This document shows, piece by piece, positions 1 to 12,500 of a DNA stretch of 64,000 nucleotides (position 1 is the first letter of the stretch; each line of letters opens with the position of its first letter). A program made the position numbers and the translations under genes. The DNA lies in assembly GCA_043228905.1 (NCBI GenBank), contig JBHGNT010000012.1, positions 1,054,001-1,118,000 on the forward strand, written 5' to 3'. The notes below the pieces were generated by a model, which saw only the letters and a program-made list of their open reading frames with translations, was not told the origin of the DNA and ran no database searches. The DNA is from Azolla caroliniana. Its lineage: Eukaryota > Plantae > Polypodiophyta.

Positions 1-640
1 ATTTGGCCTGCTCCAATCTCTGCCGAGATTATATCATTCAACACCAATGCTTTGCTCCTTCTCATGCAGGAAATCATCTTTCCAGTTATTTGCCTTGTAA
101 GACGTGGTCCCTAGGTTTATACTCCATAGAGGAGTTGGTGTGACAAGTATAACAAATGGCTACAATTTTAGTTTGTGGCTCTTGGAACTGCAAATGAGCA
201 CATTGTCTTTCAAGAACACCAAGGGCTGCATATGCATGAGAAAGTCGAGCACAAGCAGCCTCCCAAAAGGAGAACCAAGGCCTTTTGAATGTTACTCTGA
301 GGTATGTGTGGGATCGTGTGTACGCAACCTTGTTGGTTCTCATCTTGTTATCAATGTGTACATGGTGTTAAACGGCATCATTTTAGTTAGAGAGAATCTG
401 CTGATTGCGCATTACTAGAACAAATTTCTATGAGAACAGTATATACGTCCATGCATCTATGCACAGACATATGTGTATACACACACTTACATGTATCTCA
501 ATGTGTGTATACATATTTATGAAATCTTAGGACCATTTCAATGATGAACTTACAGCTTTCAAATCTTAGGACCATTTGAAATTCTAAGTGTTTGTAGTGT
601 TGAAATTGCAACAATATCACTGCCTCTTTGATATTTTCAG

Positions 641-3600
641 GATTGCAGAACCCTATTCAGGTTGCAGCTGCTTTGGCGAAGGAGAGTCTTAGAGGATCAT
701 TGTCATTTGGTCGTATCCCCCCAATGTAATGAAGGTTAATGGTATTTCTATGGAATGTGCTTAATAAATTGCTCGATTTTTAGAATTCACATTTAGGAAT
801 ATGTGAAGAAACTCATAGTGAAAAGCTTATCTGAAGCTTGCCATATGATTTCCAGTTTTTTGGTTGGTGAAGGTGCGAGGATTTGGGCAAATGCACATGG
901 ATTAAAGACTGCTTGTGACCCTGTTAAACAAGTACAGAAGGTAATATTGATGGTGATTGTGGAGACAGTGCAGAATGAAGACCAATACGTCTCTAAAAAG
1001 TTGAATTTTTGCTATGTGTCATCATGATGTACTCATAGTTTTATGTTCATTGGAATTTTGGATGCATTCGTCTATGTACATGCACATCACAGGATTTTCC
1101 TTGTATTTCAGCTGCCATCATGATCTATGTAAGCCTGATGTAGTCCTATGATGGACCCTGTCTAGGATGGTTGGTTGGTTACTAAAAGGACATACCAACA
1201 ATGGTTGAGTTACAAGAAAATGCTCCAGATGGATTCAAGTAGTCATGTAAGTGATCTGTTCTGGCTTCAGTTTTGCGTGCAGAAATAATAATCTAGTTTG
1301 GAACTTCATGAAGTATTGTGTCTGTGGAATAAGATCATCGCATTATCCAGAATGACCTAAATGGAAATTGTTGCTGATGTTTTTTTTTCTAACCAACGGT
1401 GGATACTACCTATGTGGAATTTTCCATATTTGTATGAAATGCGAATGGAAACTGTGTGTAATTAGTAAGCATAGACTATTCTACTGTGACAAATGTACAT
1501 ATAGGATTTTGGAAGTTTGGGATTTCTGCTTTTCAGAATACAGAGGACTTGTGATGTTGCAGGGATGGTCACCCTTTCTGGCCCAGCTGTTTCTGTTGTA
1601 TGGATTCTTTAAGGTGTTGGGGCATGCCAAGACAGAAAACATGTCTTACTTTCCTTGACTATATGTCTGTGTCTTCAAGAGGAATCATCTTTGATTCATG
1701 TATACCTGTATCGACTACTCCTAATAATCAATTAAGTGAAGTAATCTTTTAATCTAAAAAAACAACACCTAGCAAGCCACATTTGTTATTGAATGCACAA
1801 TGTGATGAAGATCAGTATGCAACTTTCGTAATCTGCTCAAGGTGAAATAATGTTGCTATTTTTGAAGACAAGAAAAACATGACTTTTGAAATGTCCCCAA
1901 AGTTGAAACAAAATATTAGGAGAATAAAAATAACGAGTTTGGATATTGGATTTTCTGTCTGAAGGTGATTCCTCCAAATAAAAATGTTGAGTGCTCTGTG
2001 GAGGGTGTAGAAAACATGCATTCCTCTACTAGTCATAATGAGGGAGCAATGATGGATACTGTTGGAGCCATCTGTGTAGATTCATTTGGGAACATAACAG
2101 TGGGATCATCAAGTGGAGGTATAGCAATGAAGGTTAGCCAGAGCCAGGCTGTATTTCAAAATATTCACCATTCAGTAACATTCATGCTAATTGATAGGGG
2201 AAAACCTGTATATTCTAGGTGAAAGGACGTGTAGGAGTTGCTGCTACCTACGGTTCTGGTTGTTGGGCACAAAAACATGGTGCATCTGCTGTGGGTTGCT
2301 GTGTAACAGGGGCTGGTGAGCATATGATGAAGGGGCTGATAGCATATCACTGTTGTTTGTCGATATCAAAGTAAGAACTTGTTTCTTGGAGTGGTCTTTG
2401 AATGCTGTATTTATGCCTTTATATTTTCTTGTTTGATGTTATGTTTAAGGATCTGCTGGTGCCAATGCAGTCTGCACCTCAATTTACTCAACCTTATAAA
2501 TAAGGAACTCAAAAGTTTCAAAAGTTTCTGTTTCCTTCATTCACTATTTCACAATACTTTACGCATTGTGGTAAAAGCTGAATGGTTTTTGATATTTATT
2601 GTCACTAACCATTACCATTTCTGTACAACATAAGTTTGAGAGTGTTTATTTGGTATTTCTAAATTACAATGCACATGGCAAAACTGCACCTTTTAATTTT
2701 GTGTTACAGAATGCAAAGGGATCCAACAGAAACATGTGTAGAGGTATTAACAAGTGCTCTTGCGGAACATCTTCCCAATCCAGATACATCTGGTGGACTT
2801 CTACTCGTAGAAGTAGATGATGCATCGGCAGTAAGTCATCTATTTAGGGAAATATTATTTTATTTTTCTCCCCTTTCTCCCATGCCATGTAGGTGATTTC
2901 TATGTACATGTGGGGCAAGTCCAACTTTGCTAATGTATGGTCTTTCCTTATTGAACAAAACTCTCTGATGCAGAGATTCATCTAAATAAAATAGTTGATG
3001 GAACCATTTGTTTGAGGAGACTATTTATTTATATGTGCAAGTTCTTTTATACTTTCCTATTGATGAGCCATCATATGAGGTCATTTCGAAAAAAAATTGG
3101 GTTTGGTATGCAGCTTATGCTTAGGCTTGATCCTCTTCAGGGTCTTTGATATAATTGTTGGAGGGTGGCAGCTCCAGCCCTGCACTCTCTTTCATATTTA
3201 TTATCTTTGTACTACATTCTCTCTTTTCTCAGATTCTTCTCTCTCTAGAATCTGCAACTCTTTAAATGCCTTCTCTCTCTAGAATCTGCAATGCTTTAAA
3301 TGCCTTTTCTCTCTTCTACCTTTTCCAAGATATTCCTAGTTTTTTGTACCTGTTTGGTAGTACAAGAGTCACTTAACTACCAAACAGCCATTTCACCCAC
3401 ATTCCCCAATTTTGTATAAATAGGCTATACCAGCCTCTTTTGTATAAGTTTTCATTTTCTTTTTTGCTACTTAAAACAAGCTCTATTCCTTGGCTGTGTC
3501 TCTACTCTTTGCAACCATTTTTTCTACTGCTGTCTAACAGCCTTCTCACAGCTTGGCTGTGCCTATTTTGTTTTAAGTCTTCCGCTGCTGCTATTAACAG

Positions 3601-6600
3601 CTTTTCTCACATGGTATCAGAGCAGTGAGGTCTCCATATCCTCAGCCTGATTTTTTTTTGCCAAAGAGCACACAGACCTATCTTCTTTTATCCCTCCCTC
3701 CCAACCCTACAGAGGAGGCTCTTCTGTTTTCTTTTCCCCTTATCTGAGCCTCACCTAGCATCTAGGGAGAAGTAGAAAGACCCTGAGTATCTACTTACAA
3801 CTGCTGTAAATTGTCCAGCTGTAGCTCAAGAGGAGGATATCCATGGCCTCACATGCCACCATTGTTTCATCAACCATTCCCCAACTCCCCAAAGAATCCA
3901 TCTTGGATGGGAACAATTACTTGGATTGGGAGCTACAAATAAAGACCTTGCTACAATACCATCGTTTATGGAATGTAGTCAATGGTAGTGACAAGAAACC
4001 ACCAGTAACTTCATCCTCTTCAATCAAATCAGTTGCTGGCTCATCTAACGCTGAGATTGAAGCTTGGCTAGATAAGGATTCTCGTGCTCATGCTTTCCTC
4101 ATGTTTAATATTAAACCGAGCATCGCTCGTCAATTTCAAGATAAAGATGACGAGACAGCCAATGAACTATGGACAGCCATCAAAAGGAGGTATCATCGAG
4201 CTAATCATGCTCAAATGATAGCTATTGAAAGCCAACTAGCAAATCTCAAGATTCATGACACTCCCAACATCATGGATCAAATAACGGAATTTGTCACTCT
4301 CCAAAAGGAACTAGTTTCTTTGGGAAGCAAGTCCATTGAAGTTGAGTTTGTGCATCGTCTAATGATAAAGTTGCCTGAGTCATTCTCAGCCTTTTGTGAC
4401 ACCATTTCTCTTCTTCCCAACACACCTGACATGAATACATTTCTTGGTATGCTACAAGATAGGGCAACAAGGAAGAAAAGTGCTCAAACTTCCAATGAGA
4501 CGCTTCTACATGCGACAAGTAAAGGCAAGTGGAAGCAAAATGGTAACTCCTACAACAAACCCAATCCAAGACCGCCAAACAACCCAGCTTACAAGGAGCT
4601 CACTTGTCATTATTGTGGCTACAAAGGTCACATTCAGCCAGATTGTCGGAAAAAGAAAAGGGACAATGCTAAGAACTCTTCTTCTACCAGAAATCAACCT
4701 ACACCGAAATCCAACTCGGCCCACTCAGCCAAAGAAACAGTTTTCCTTGGCATTGAGGAACATACTTCACATTTGGCTGGACCAACTACTTCAACCATGG
4801 ATGAGTGGTTAGTAGATAGTGGTGCCACTTCACACATGACCTATGACAAATCCATTTTGCATGATGTGAAGCCTAGCTCTTCCCAAATCTCTATAGGAGA
4901 TGCCTCAAGCATTGAGGCTTCATGTGTGGGTAATGTGGTTCTTGACAATTCTTCAGGTGAAGAACCTGTCGTTCTTCAAGATGTGCTACATGTGCCTCGC
5001 ATCTCTACCAACCTACTTTCGGTTTACAAAATCACCAAGCAAGGTTATGGAGTCTACTTTGATAGCTGAGTTTTGGAAGTGATTGACACCAACAATCTAC
5101 AAATTGTAGCTAGTGGCACACAAGAAGGGGGTTTATATCGCCTAAAAAGCTCCCATAGTCCCTTGGAAAACTCCAAATCTCATCTTCTTCATCTTCTTCA
5201 AGGCTCTCATGCCTTGGTGGCACAAGAAGATCCCACGTTGTGGCATGCTAGGTTTGGTCATCTCAACTATGATTCTCTTCAAAAGCTCTCCTCCTCCCAA
5301 CTAGTTGAGGGTCTTCCTATTTTCAAATCTCCCAATACCCCATGTGTTGCTTGTCTTCATGGCAAGCAACATCGAGAGCCTTTCCCTCATGAAGCCACTC
5401 ACCGAGCAACATCTATCTTGGAGTTAGTGCACATGGATCTTTGTGGTCCCATGAAAACCACTACTCTTGGTGGTGCACGCTACTTCATGCTTATAATTGA
5501 TGACTTCTCCCGCAAGGTTTGGGTTTATTTTCTTGTAGAAAAATCCCAAGCCTTCGCAAAATTTCAAGAATGGGTAGCTCCCGTGGAGAACGAGACATCG
5601 AAGAAAGTTCGAAAGATCAGGTCGGACGATGGTGGAGAGTTTATCTCCAAAGCTTTCCACCATTTCTGCTCTCAACGAGGCATTGCTCGCCAATTTTCTA
5701 CACCCAATACTCCTCAACAAAATGGAGTCGTGGAAAGGAAGAACCGGACAGTCCAAGAGATGGCTCGTACGATGCTATCTCAATCCGATCTTCCTCTCTC
5801 GTTTTGGGGTGAAGCTGTCAACACAGCAGTCTACATCATCAACTGCTGCCCAACAAAAGCAGTTGCTAGAATGACGCCTGAAGAAGCATTTACAGGTGTA
5901 AAGCCCTTGGTATCTCATTTTAAAGTCTTTGGTTGTGATGTTTATGTTCACATTTCAGATCATAAAAGGACGAAATTTGAGTCCAATTGCATTTCTTGGT
6001 TACAACACACAATCTAAAGCATACAGGTTATGGGATTTAGAGTCAAAGTCCCTAGTCATATCTAGGGATGTTCATTTTGTGGAGTCTCAGCCGGATGACT
6101 CTAGGATTTTACTTGAGTTCATGGTTGAAATCCAAGCTCCTCTGGAATCTCCTATTTTAGACGAAGATGTCTCATCTTCAAGCCCCCCATCTCCTCCTAC
6201 TCAATCTCTAACTTCGCCAACAATTCAAACCTCTCCCTCAACTCCACTTGTTTCCACTCCCTCTACAAACCAGCTTCCACCACTTCCCAAGTGGCTTCAA
6301 GCCACCATTCGTGATTCTCATCTCTCCGATGCTGAACTTCATGAGTATACATCTGGTTCTCAAACACGTAAGTCACAACGGCCTCTTCACTCATGCAACT
6401 TTGCCTTATTGTGCACTGTTGTGCAATCAAAAGAACCCACAACAGCAAAAGAGGCCCTTGTTCTTCCAAAGTGGAAAGCAGCAATGGAAGTTGAACTTGA
6501 TTCCATTGAGCGGAATCATACATGGGAGCTGGTCCCACGGCCTCCACATCGACAAGTCATTGGATTGAAATGCAAATGGGCCATTTTTCAAATGGATGTC

Positions 6601-8770
6601 AAGTCAACCTTCCTTAACGGTGACTTGAAAGAGGAGGTTTATGTTGAACAGCCTCCACGTTTCGAGATTTTAGAGCAGAAAAACATGGTCTACAAGTTAC
6701 ACAAAGCCTTGTATGGCTTAAAGCAAGCTCCCAAAGCTTGGCATGACAAAATTGATAGCTTCTTTCTTTCTCTTGGGTTTCAAAACTGTAATGCTGACAG
6801 CAATCTCTATGTTTTTTCCCAAGATAATTTGCTTTGCTTGATCATATTATATGTTGACGACCTTCTAATTACAGGGTCCCTTGCATCTAAAATCGAGGAG
6901 GTCCGCGCTGACCTCAAAACAACCTTTGAAATGACTGATCTAGGACTTCTCCATTATTTCATAGGTATGGAGGTCTATCAATCACATGGTGGTATCTTTC
7001 TCAGCCAACATAGGTATCTCAAGCAGCTCCTTGAGACCTATAGCATGACAAATTGCAAGCCACTCTCCTGTCCAATGGATCCAAACTCAAAGCTATCTCG
7101 TGAAGACGATTCTCCCATATTTGAGGATATCACGAAATATAGGAGATTAATCGGGTCCCATCTTCACTTAACTTATACCAGGCCTGATTTGTCCTATAGC
7201 GTGAGTATTCTCAGCCAATTCTCAACTGCTCCAAGACAAAGTCATTGGCAAGCAGCTATTCGAGTTCTTCGGTATTTGGCCAACACACTCGACTATGGTC
7301 TATCTTTTAGAGGCGGCATTGAGCTTGTTGGCTACTCAGATGCTGATTGGGCAGGTGATATTGATTCTAGAAGGTCCACATCTGGCTATTGTTTTATGTT
7401 AGGTTCAGGCTTGATTTCTTGGAAATCGAAGAAGCAAAACTCAGTTTCTACTTCATCGACGGAAGCTGAATATCGCGCCTACTTGGATACTTGTTGTGAG
7501 TTGCTATGGTTGATGCAATTGTTTTCTCACATTGGTGTTTTGCAAGCCTCTCCTATTGCAGTTTTCACCGACAGCCAAAGTGCACGTGCCTTGGCACATA
7601 GCTCAGCATTTCATGGTAGAACAAAACACATCGAAGTGCACTACCATTTTGTTCGTGACTTAGTGAAATCACAAGTCATCAACTTGGCATATTGCCCTAC
7701 TCAAGAAAATGTGGCTGATTTATTTACTAAGCCACTTCTAAGGCAAGCCATTGATCAGCTCCTTGATCGACTCAATGTTGGACTGCCGTTCTGGAGCTGA
7801 GAGGAGGTGTTGGAGGGTGGCAGCTCCAGCCCTGCACTCTCTTTCATATTTATTATCTTTGTACTACATTCTCTCTTTTCTCAGATTCTTCTCTCTCTAG
7901 AATCTGCAACTCTTTAAATGCCTTCTCCCTCTAGAATCTGCAATGCTTTAAATGCCTTTTCTCTCTTCTACCTTTTCCAAGATATTCCTAGTTTTTTGTA
8001 CCTGTTTGGTAGTACAAGAGTCACTTAACTACCAAACAGCCATTTCACCCACATTCCCCAATTTTGTATAAATAGGCTATACCAGCCTCTTTTGTATAAG
8101 TTTTCATTTTCTTTTTTGCTACTTAAAACAAGCTCTATTCCTTGGCTGTGTCTCTACTCTTTGCAACCATTTTTTCTACTGCTGTCTAACAGCCTTCTCA
8201 CAGCTTGGCTGTGCCTATTTTGTTTTAAGTCTTCCGCTGCTGCTATTAACAACTTTTCTCACAATAATTTCAGCTCAGACTACAAAAGATTTTACATATG
8301 GTACCATACTTCCCAGGGAACATGCATAGTTTTTAATTTCAGCTTTCATTAACGTGGACACAACTTTGGGAAGTGTACTAGTAAAGATTGTTGGTCCCGT
8401 GAGTCATGTGGCTCCCTACAGACATTGATATCATCTTTCTGCATTTTTTATTAACTAAGCTCATTAACAGGGCGAAGAATATTGTGGGCATATTAAATCT
8501 GTCGAAGTGGCTGCGTCATTTGGAACTACATCTTTTGGAATTGGATATTTCCAGAGCTCTATGACAAAACCAAAGGTGTATATATAAAGCTGTAATGTTG
8601 ATTTGCCACTGAATATTGTATATTTGACATTCTATTTCTAATTTTCATCATAAGATTGTTTTCTTAACATTATTGATTTTAGTTAATTCTTTCTGCAGGC
8701 TACAATCTTGAGACAGCCTTGTGACACCCAGAAAAGGATAAGCCATTTCTCCACATCTTTTAGATTTTAA
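641..8770 (+). CDS. TASP1: Threonine aspartase (taspase-1, asparaginase-2/Ntn-hydrolase family), 3' part; 5' exons not identified in the window
   Basis: GT-AG exons in consistent phase: 641-725, 856-940, 1166-1246, 1965-2132, 2219-2370, 2710-2830, 8471-8575, 8699-8770 (TAA). Translation contains NPIQVA..GRIPP-FLVGEGA, the autocleavage/nucleophile motif MMD|[32 protein letters not shown] and SFGIGYF. Confidence 0.9.
3156..3611 (+). repeat. 5' LTR of intronic copia
   Basis: TGTTG...CACA; direct repeat of 7808-8263; followed by the Met-i PBS. Confidence 0.96.
3843..7800 (+). pseudogene. Copia gag-pol polyprotein, disrupted
   Basis: Zn knuckle [14 protein letters not shown], protease [11 protein letters not shown]-pre-integrase WHARFGH, integrase HMDLCGP..SDDGGEF..VERKNR, RT LYVDD, RNase H YSDADWAG. 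In-frame TGA at 5067-5069, frameshift near 5985, and an RT deletion near 6570. Confidence 0.93.
7808..8263 (+). repeat. 3' LTR of intronic copia
   Basis: Preceded by a purine tract and followed by the TSD ATAAT. Confidence 0.96.
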
Positions 8771-8904
8771 TCGTAGTACATTTAGCCTTTTTCCAAAACT
8801 TGGTTCTTTTTGCGGGCTACAATCTTGAGACAGCCATGTCGTACACAGAAAAGGAGATGCCATTTCTCCACATATTTTAGATTTTAATTGTATAACATTT
8901 AGCC
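8686..8904 (+). repeat. Tandem duplication (~117 bp period) of the taspase terminal exon
   Basis: TTCTGCAGGCTACAATCTTGAGACAGCC...TTTTAGATTTTAA..CATTTAGCC occurs twice; the second copy has TGCGG in place of the TGCAG acceptor. Confidence 0.85.
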
Positions 8905-9514
8905 AGATCAGTGAATAGCATGATACTCCTTGAATGTAAAACAGTTATGAGATGACCTCTCTTCATATATACAGTTGGAATTTGTAAGATATTTCTTGAG
9001 TTCTAAGATGATATCTATCTTCATATATACAGTTGGTACAAGGGAAGTACCACCTCATTTCTCGTTCCTTGTCATTTCTCATTACAGGAAATTCACAAGG
9101 TATATAACTTGAACTTTTTGCATGAGTTTCGTTTGATATTAGAATAGTCTTATGTTACATGAGAAACAAATTTCTTCTTACAAGTAAAGAAACTATTTAA
9201 ACAAATAGTTGGTTTCTATAATAAAGAATTCTTTCACATTTTTACAGCATAGTCTAAAATTTCATGCAGCCATCATCACATGAAATATATAGATGTTTGT
9301 ATACAGAAGCTCTTATATAACCTTTTTCAGAAGTCAAAGAATTCACAAACCTTCCACTTTTACATCACATGAAGAAATGTAAAGAAGATTTATATACAAT
9401 AATTACACCTGGACGTCAGACCAGAAGCTCATATACAACCTTTAAAATAAACCAAAGAAAACACTAACCTTACATTTAATATACATCTATAATGTGGTAA
9501 TTGAATGTCTCACC

Positions 9515-12500
9515 CTACAAAAGCTTCTGAGAATCATCTGCTGATCCATTCGTGTTGGAAACTGAGCTTTTTTTTGGTGCATCAGTGTTGGAAACTGAGC
9601 TTTTTTTTGGTGCATCAGTGTTGGAAACTGAGCTTTTTTTTGGTGCATCATTTGAATCAGTTGACGTTATATCAGGAAACTTTAAAAAGTACAAGCTCAT
9701 TGCCTTCCGAAACCGTTTCTTATATTGCTCCGGAGAGATCACAGTTGGAGGTGTCTTTTTTGGTCCGCCTAGTATTCCTGAAGTCTTTACCCATGTCTCA
9801 AATTGTTTATCCCATGTATATTGTCTCATGAAATCAATTATCCCAATGTATAACTGCCTTCTATCTCCGTCTATACCGACAAGGAGGGAATAATCCATAA
9901 CATCAACAGACTGCAACACATAACAATCAAATCAATCTTTAATCAAACTCAAGGAACTCTTGGAATACGAAAAACTTAAGGGCATATTGGGAAACAATGA
10001 AAACAGACAGTATTGCCATTTCCCCCCCCTTCAATTTAGTATAAAGTTTTGTGAGGAAACTGACCGCAAGAAAAGCTGTATCATTCCACACTGCTCGCTC
10101 TAATAATCTCTTGTCCTTGGTGCTTATGAAGATAGGATTATTGGGAAATGAGTCCACCATATTTTGATCTAGAAGGACAGCATCTTTTCTATTCATATCT
10201 GCATTGTAACGGGATCTTAAAGAACCTTTCAAGTCATAAATTTGAGTAACATGTCGACCGTAAAGCAGATTTTCCATGATCATCAGATCCATACGGACCT
10301 CTTTGCCGCCTTTTACATGTTTTACCATAACCTGTGAGGGATAGAAAAAACACTGTAACGCTATATTTCTAAGGTTTAAAGAAGTATTAAAGTATCGCTG
10401 AAGTAAAAACACATGGGAGAAACTTGGAAAAACTCATAATAGGTAAGGTATTTTCCAGAATACCCCTAAGCTATTAAAGAGCTTCAGATTACCCCTTCAA
10501 TCAGTAAAATACTTACTGCTGATAGTAATCCAGGTAGTCTGGTAGGTTTGAGAATTTTAGGGGTAGTTTGGTAAATAAAAAAACTAGTAATATTATTTTT
10601 AAAATCACGAAAATAAAATGATTACAGGATCTGTAGAGTAGGCTCACTTGATATATGCCAAGAATTTTCGCAAGGCAAGTTGGGCTCCCTGTTTTGAGTG
10701 AATCCGTTATATACTCAAAATATGCAGAGGCAAACGTCATGAAGGAATCAAGCTCAGTCCTGGTGATTTGTTTGACAACAAATCTGTCATCTGCAGTTTT
10801 CGCAAAATACACTTTGCTCTTCCCACCTTCTGCCCCCCATTTCTTGCATCTACAAAGAGACACGATGAACTCTTCTATACTTCGACAGCATTTACTCCGC
10901 AAGCTTTGAAATTTTTGTGCATAATAGAACGTGACAGAACAGTTTATTTTCCCACGAGGGCTGTCACCAGTGAAATCAATTTTCACATGTGCTGATGAGC
11001 CAGAAGGCAATCCATTAGAACTACTCTTATTACCATCTACTAGGTAGGAGCTACCTTCCACCCAGTGGAGTGAGTGGAAAAGACCACCATCATTGTCCAA
11101 TATTCTTTTGTCCTCTTTTTCTTCAAGCTCTTTTTCATCCGTTCTTTCAGGAAAATGGCTTTTATAATGCTGTGAAGCAATGGCATATGCAATGATGCTT
11201 GTCGGTTCGTCATCATATAAGGAGATCATCGTTTCCTCAATCTCTACTGTAGGTGACTCTTTTGACCCTTCTTGACCTGTTGCTTTATCTAGGACTGGAG
11301 GTGAAAAACATTGGGTGGACGACGAATCTAAATTTTTTTCTGATTTCCCTGCCTCTGTATTATCCCTATCACGGATGCTTGCATAGGTTGCACCGACCCA
11401 GCCTTCTATAGCAGATGACTCTTGAATGTCTCTCCATTGATCGTCGAGCTTCTTGTCATTGTCTTCTGACAATTGGATATTACCATCGTCTGGATTCTTG
11501 ATATGTTCTTCTGACGAATCTTCATCAGAAATCCGAGATTCTGATATTCTCGCTTCATTAAATGTGTTGATCAAATGCAATTTACTTGTCTGTATGGAAT
11601 CAAGAGAAGATGGTAGAAAATCATGGACTTCCGATGATGCTCCATAGACGTTGATATCCTTGGATCTCAGAGTGCTTGGGATTGGCTCACTTGGACCTGA
11701 ATTGCTTTCATTTAGGTTAGTTGCAAATCCTCCATCAGACACAAGTTTTACAGGTTCGTCCAGTCTTTCTGACGATTTTATTTCGTTTGAGTCTTCCATT
11801 GTGTCCATGCATGCAAGACTATTTAATGTCCTATCAACTGAGCCAGATTCCTTTAGTCTAGATTTATTGCGCACTGTCCTTATTTCTTCTGGCTCACTTG
11901 TACCTGAATTGCTTTCATTTAGGTTAGTTGCAGATCCTCCATCGGACACAAGTTTTACAGGTTCGTCCAGTCTTTCTGACGATTTTATTTCTTTTGAGTC
12001 TTCCATTGTGTCGATGCATGCAAGATTTTTTAATGTCCTATCAACTGAGCCAGATTCCTTTAGTCTAAATTTATTGCTCATTGTCCTTATTTCTTCTGGC
12101 TCACTTGAACCTGAATTGCTTTCATTTAGGTTAGTTGCAGATCCTCCATCAGACACAAGTTTTACAGGTTCATCCAGTCTTTCTGATGATTTTATTTCAT
12201 TTGAGTCTTCCATTGTGTCGATGCATGCAAGACTATTTAATGTCCTATCAACTGAGCCACATTCCTTTAGTCTAAATTTATTGCTCATTGTCCTTATTTC
12301 TTCTGGCTCACTTGAACCTGAATTGCTTTCATTTAGGTTAGTTGCAGATCCTCCATCAGACACAAGTTTTACAGGTTCATCCAGTCTTTCTGATGATTTT
12401 ATTTCATTTGAGTCTTCCATTGTGTCGATGCATGCAAGACTATTTAATGTCCTATCAACTGAGCCACATTCCTTTAGTCTAGATTTATTGCTCATTGTCC

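Larger units (their letters stand above)
3156..8263 (+). mobile_element. Full-length Ty1/copia LTR retrotransposon in a taspase intron; young but coding-defective
   Basis: 456-bp TG..CA LTRs at 3156-3611 and 7808-8263 (two differences seen); 5-bp TSD ATAAT at 3151-3155 and 8264-8268; PBS TGGTATCAGAGC at 3612-3623; PPT GAGAGGAGG before the 3' LTR; domain order gag-PR-IN-RT-RH. Confidence 0.97.

Noticed and set aside
3440-3628. Duplicated small ORFs (3440/8092 and 18039/18544)
   Set aside because: They lie within LTR or duplicated sequence and have no protein-family signal.
5067-5075. Programmed stop-codon readthrough in the copia polyprotein
   Set aside because: TGA is followed by GTTTTG, not a CARYYA-type context, and lies after the protease; a point mutation such as CGA>TGA is simpler.
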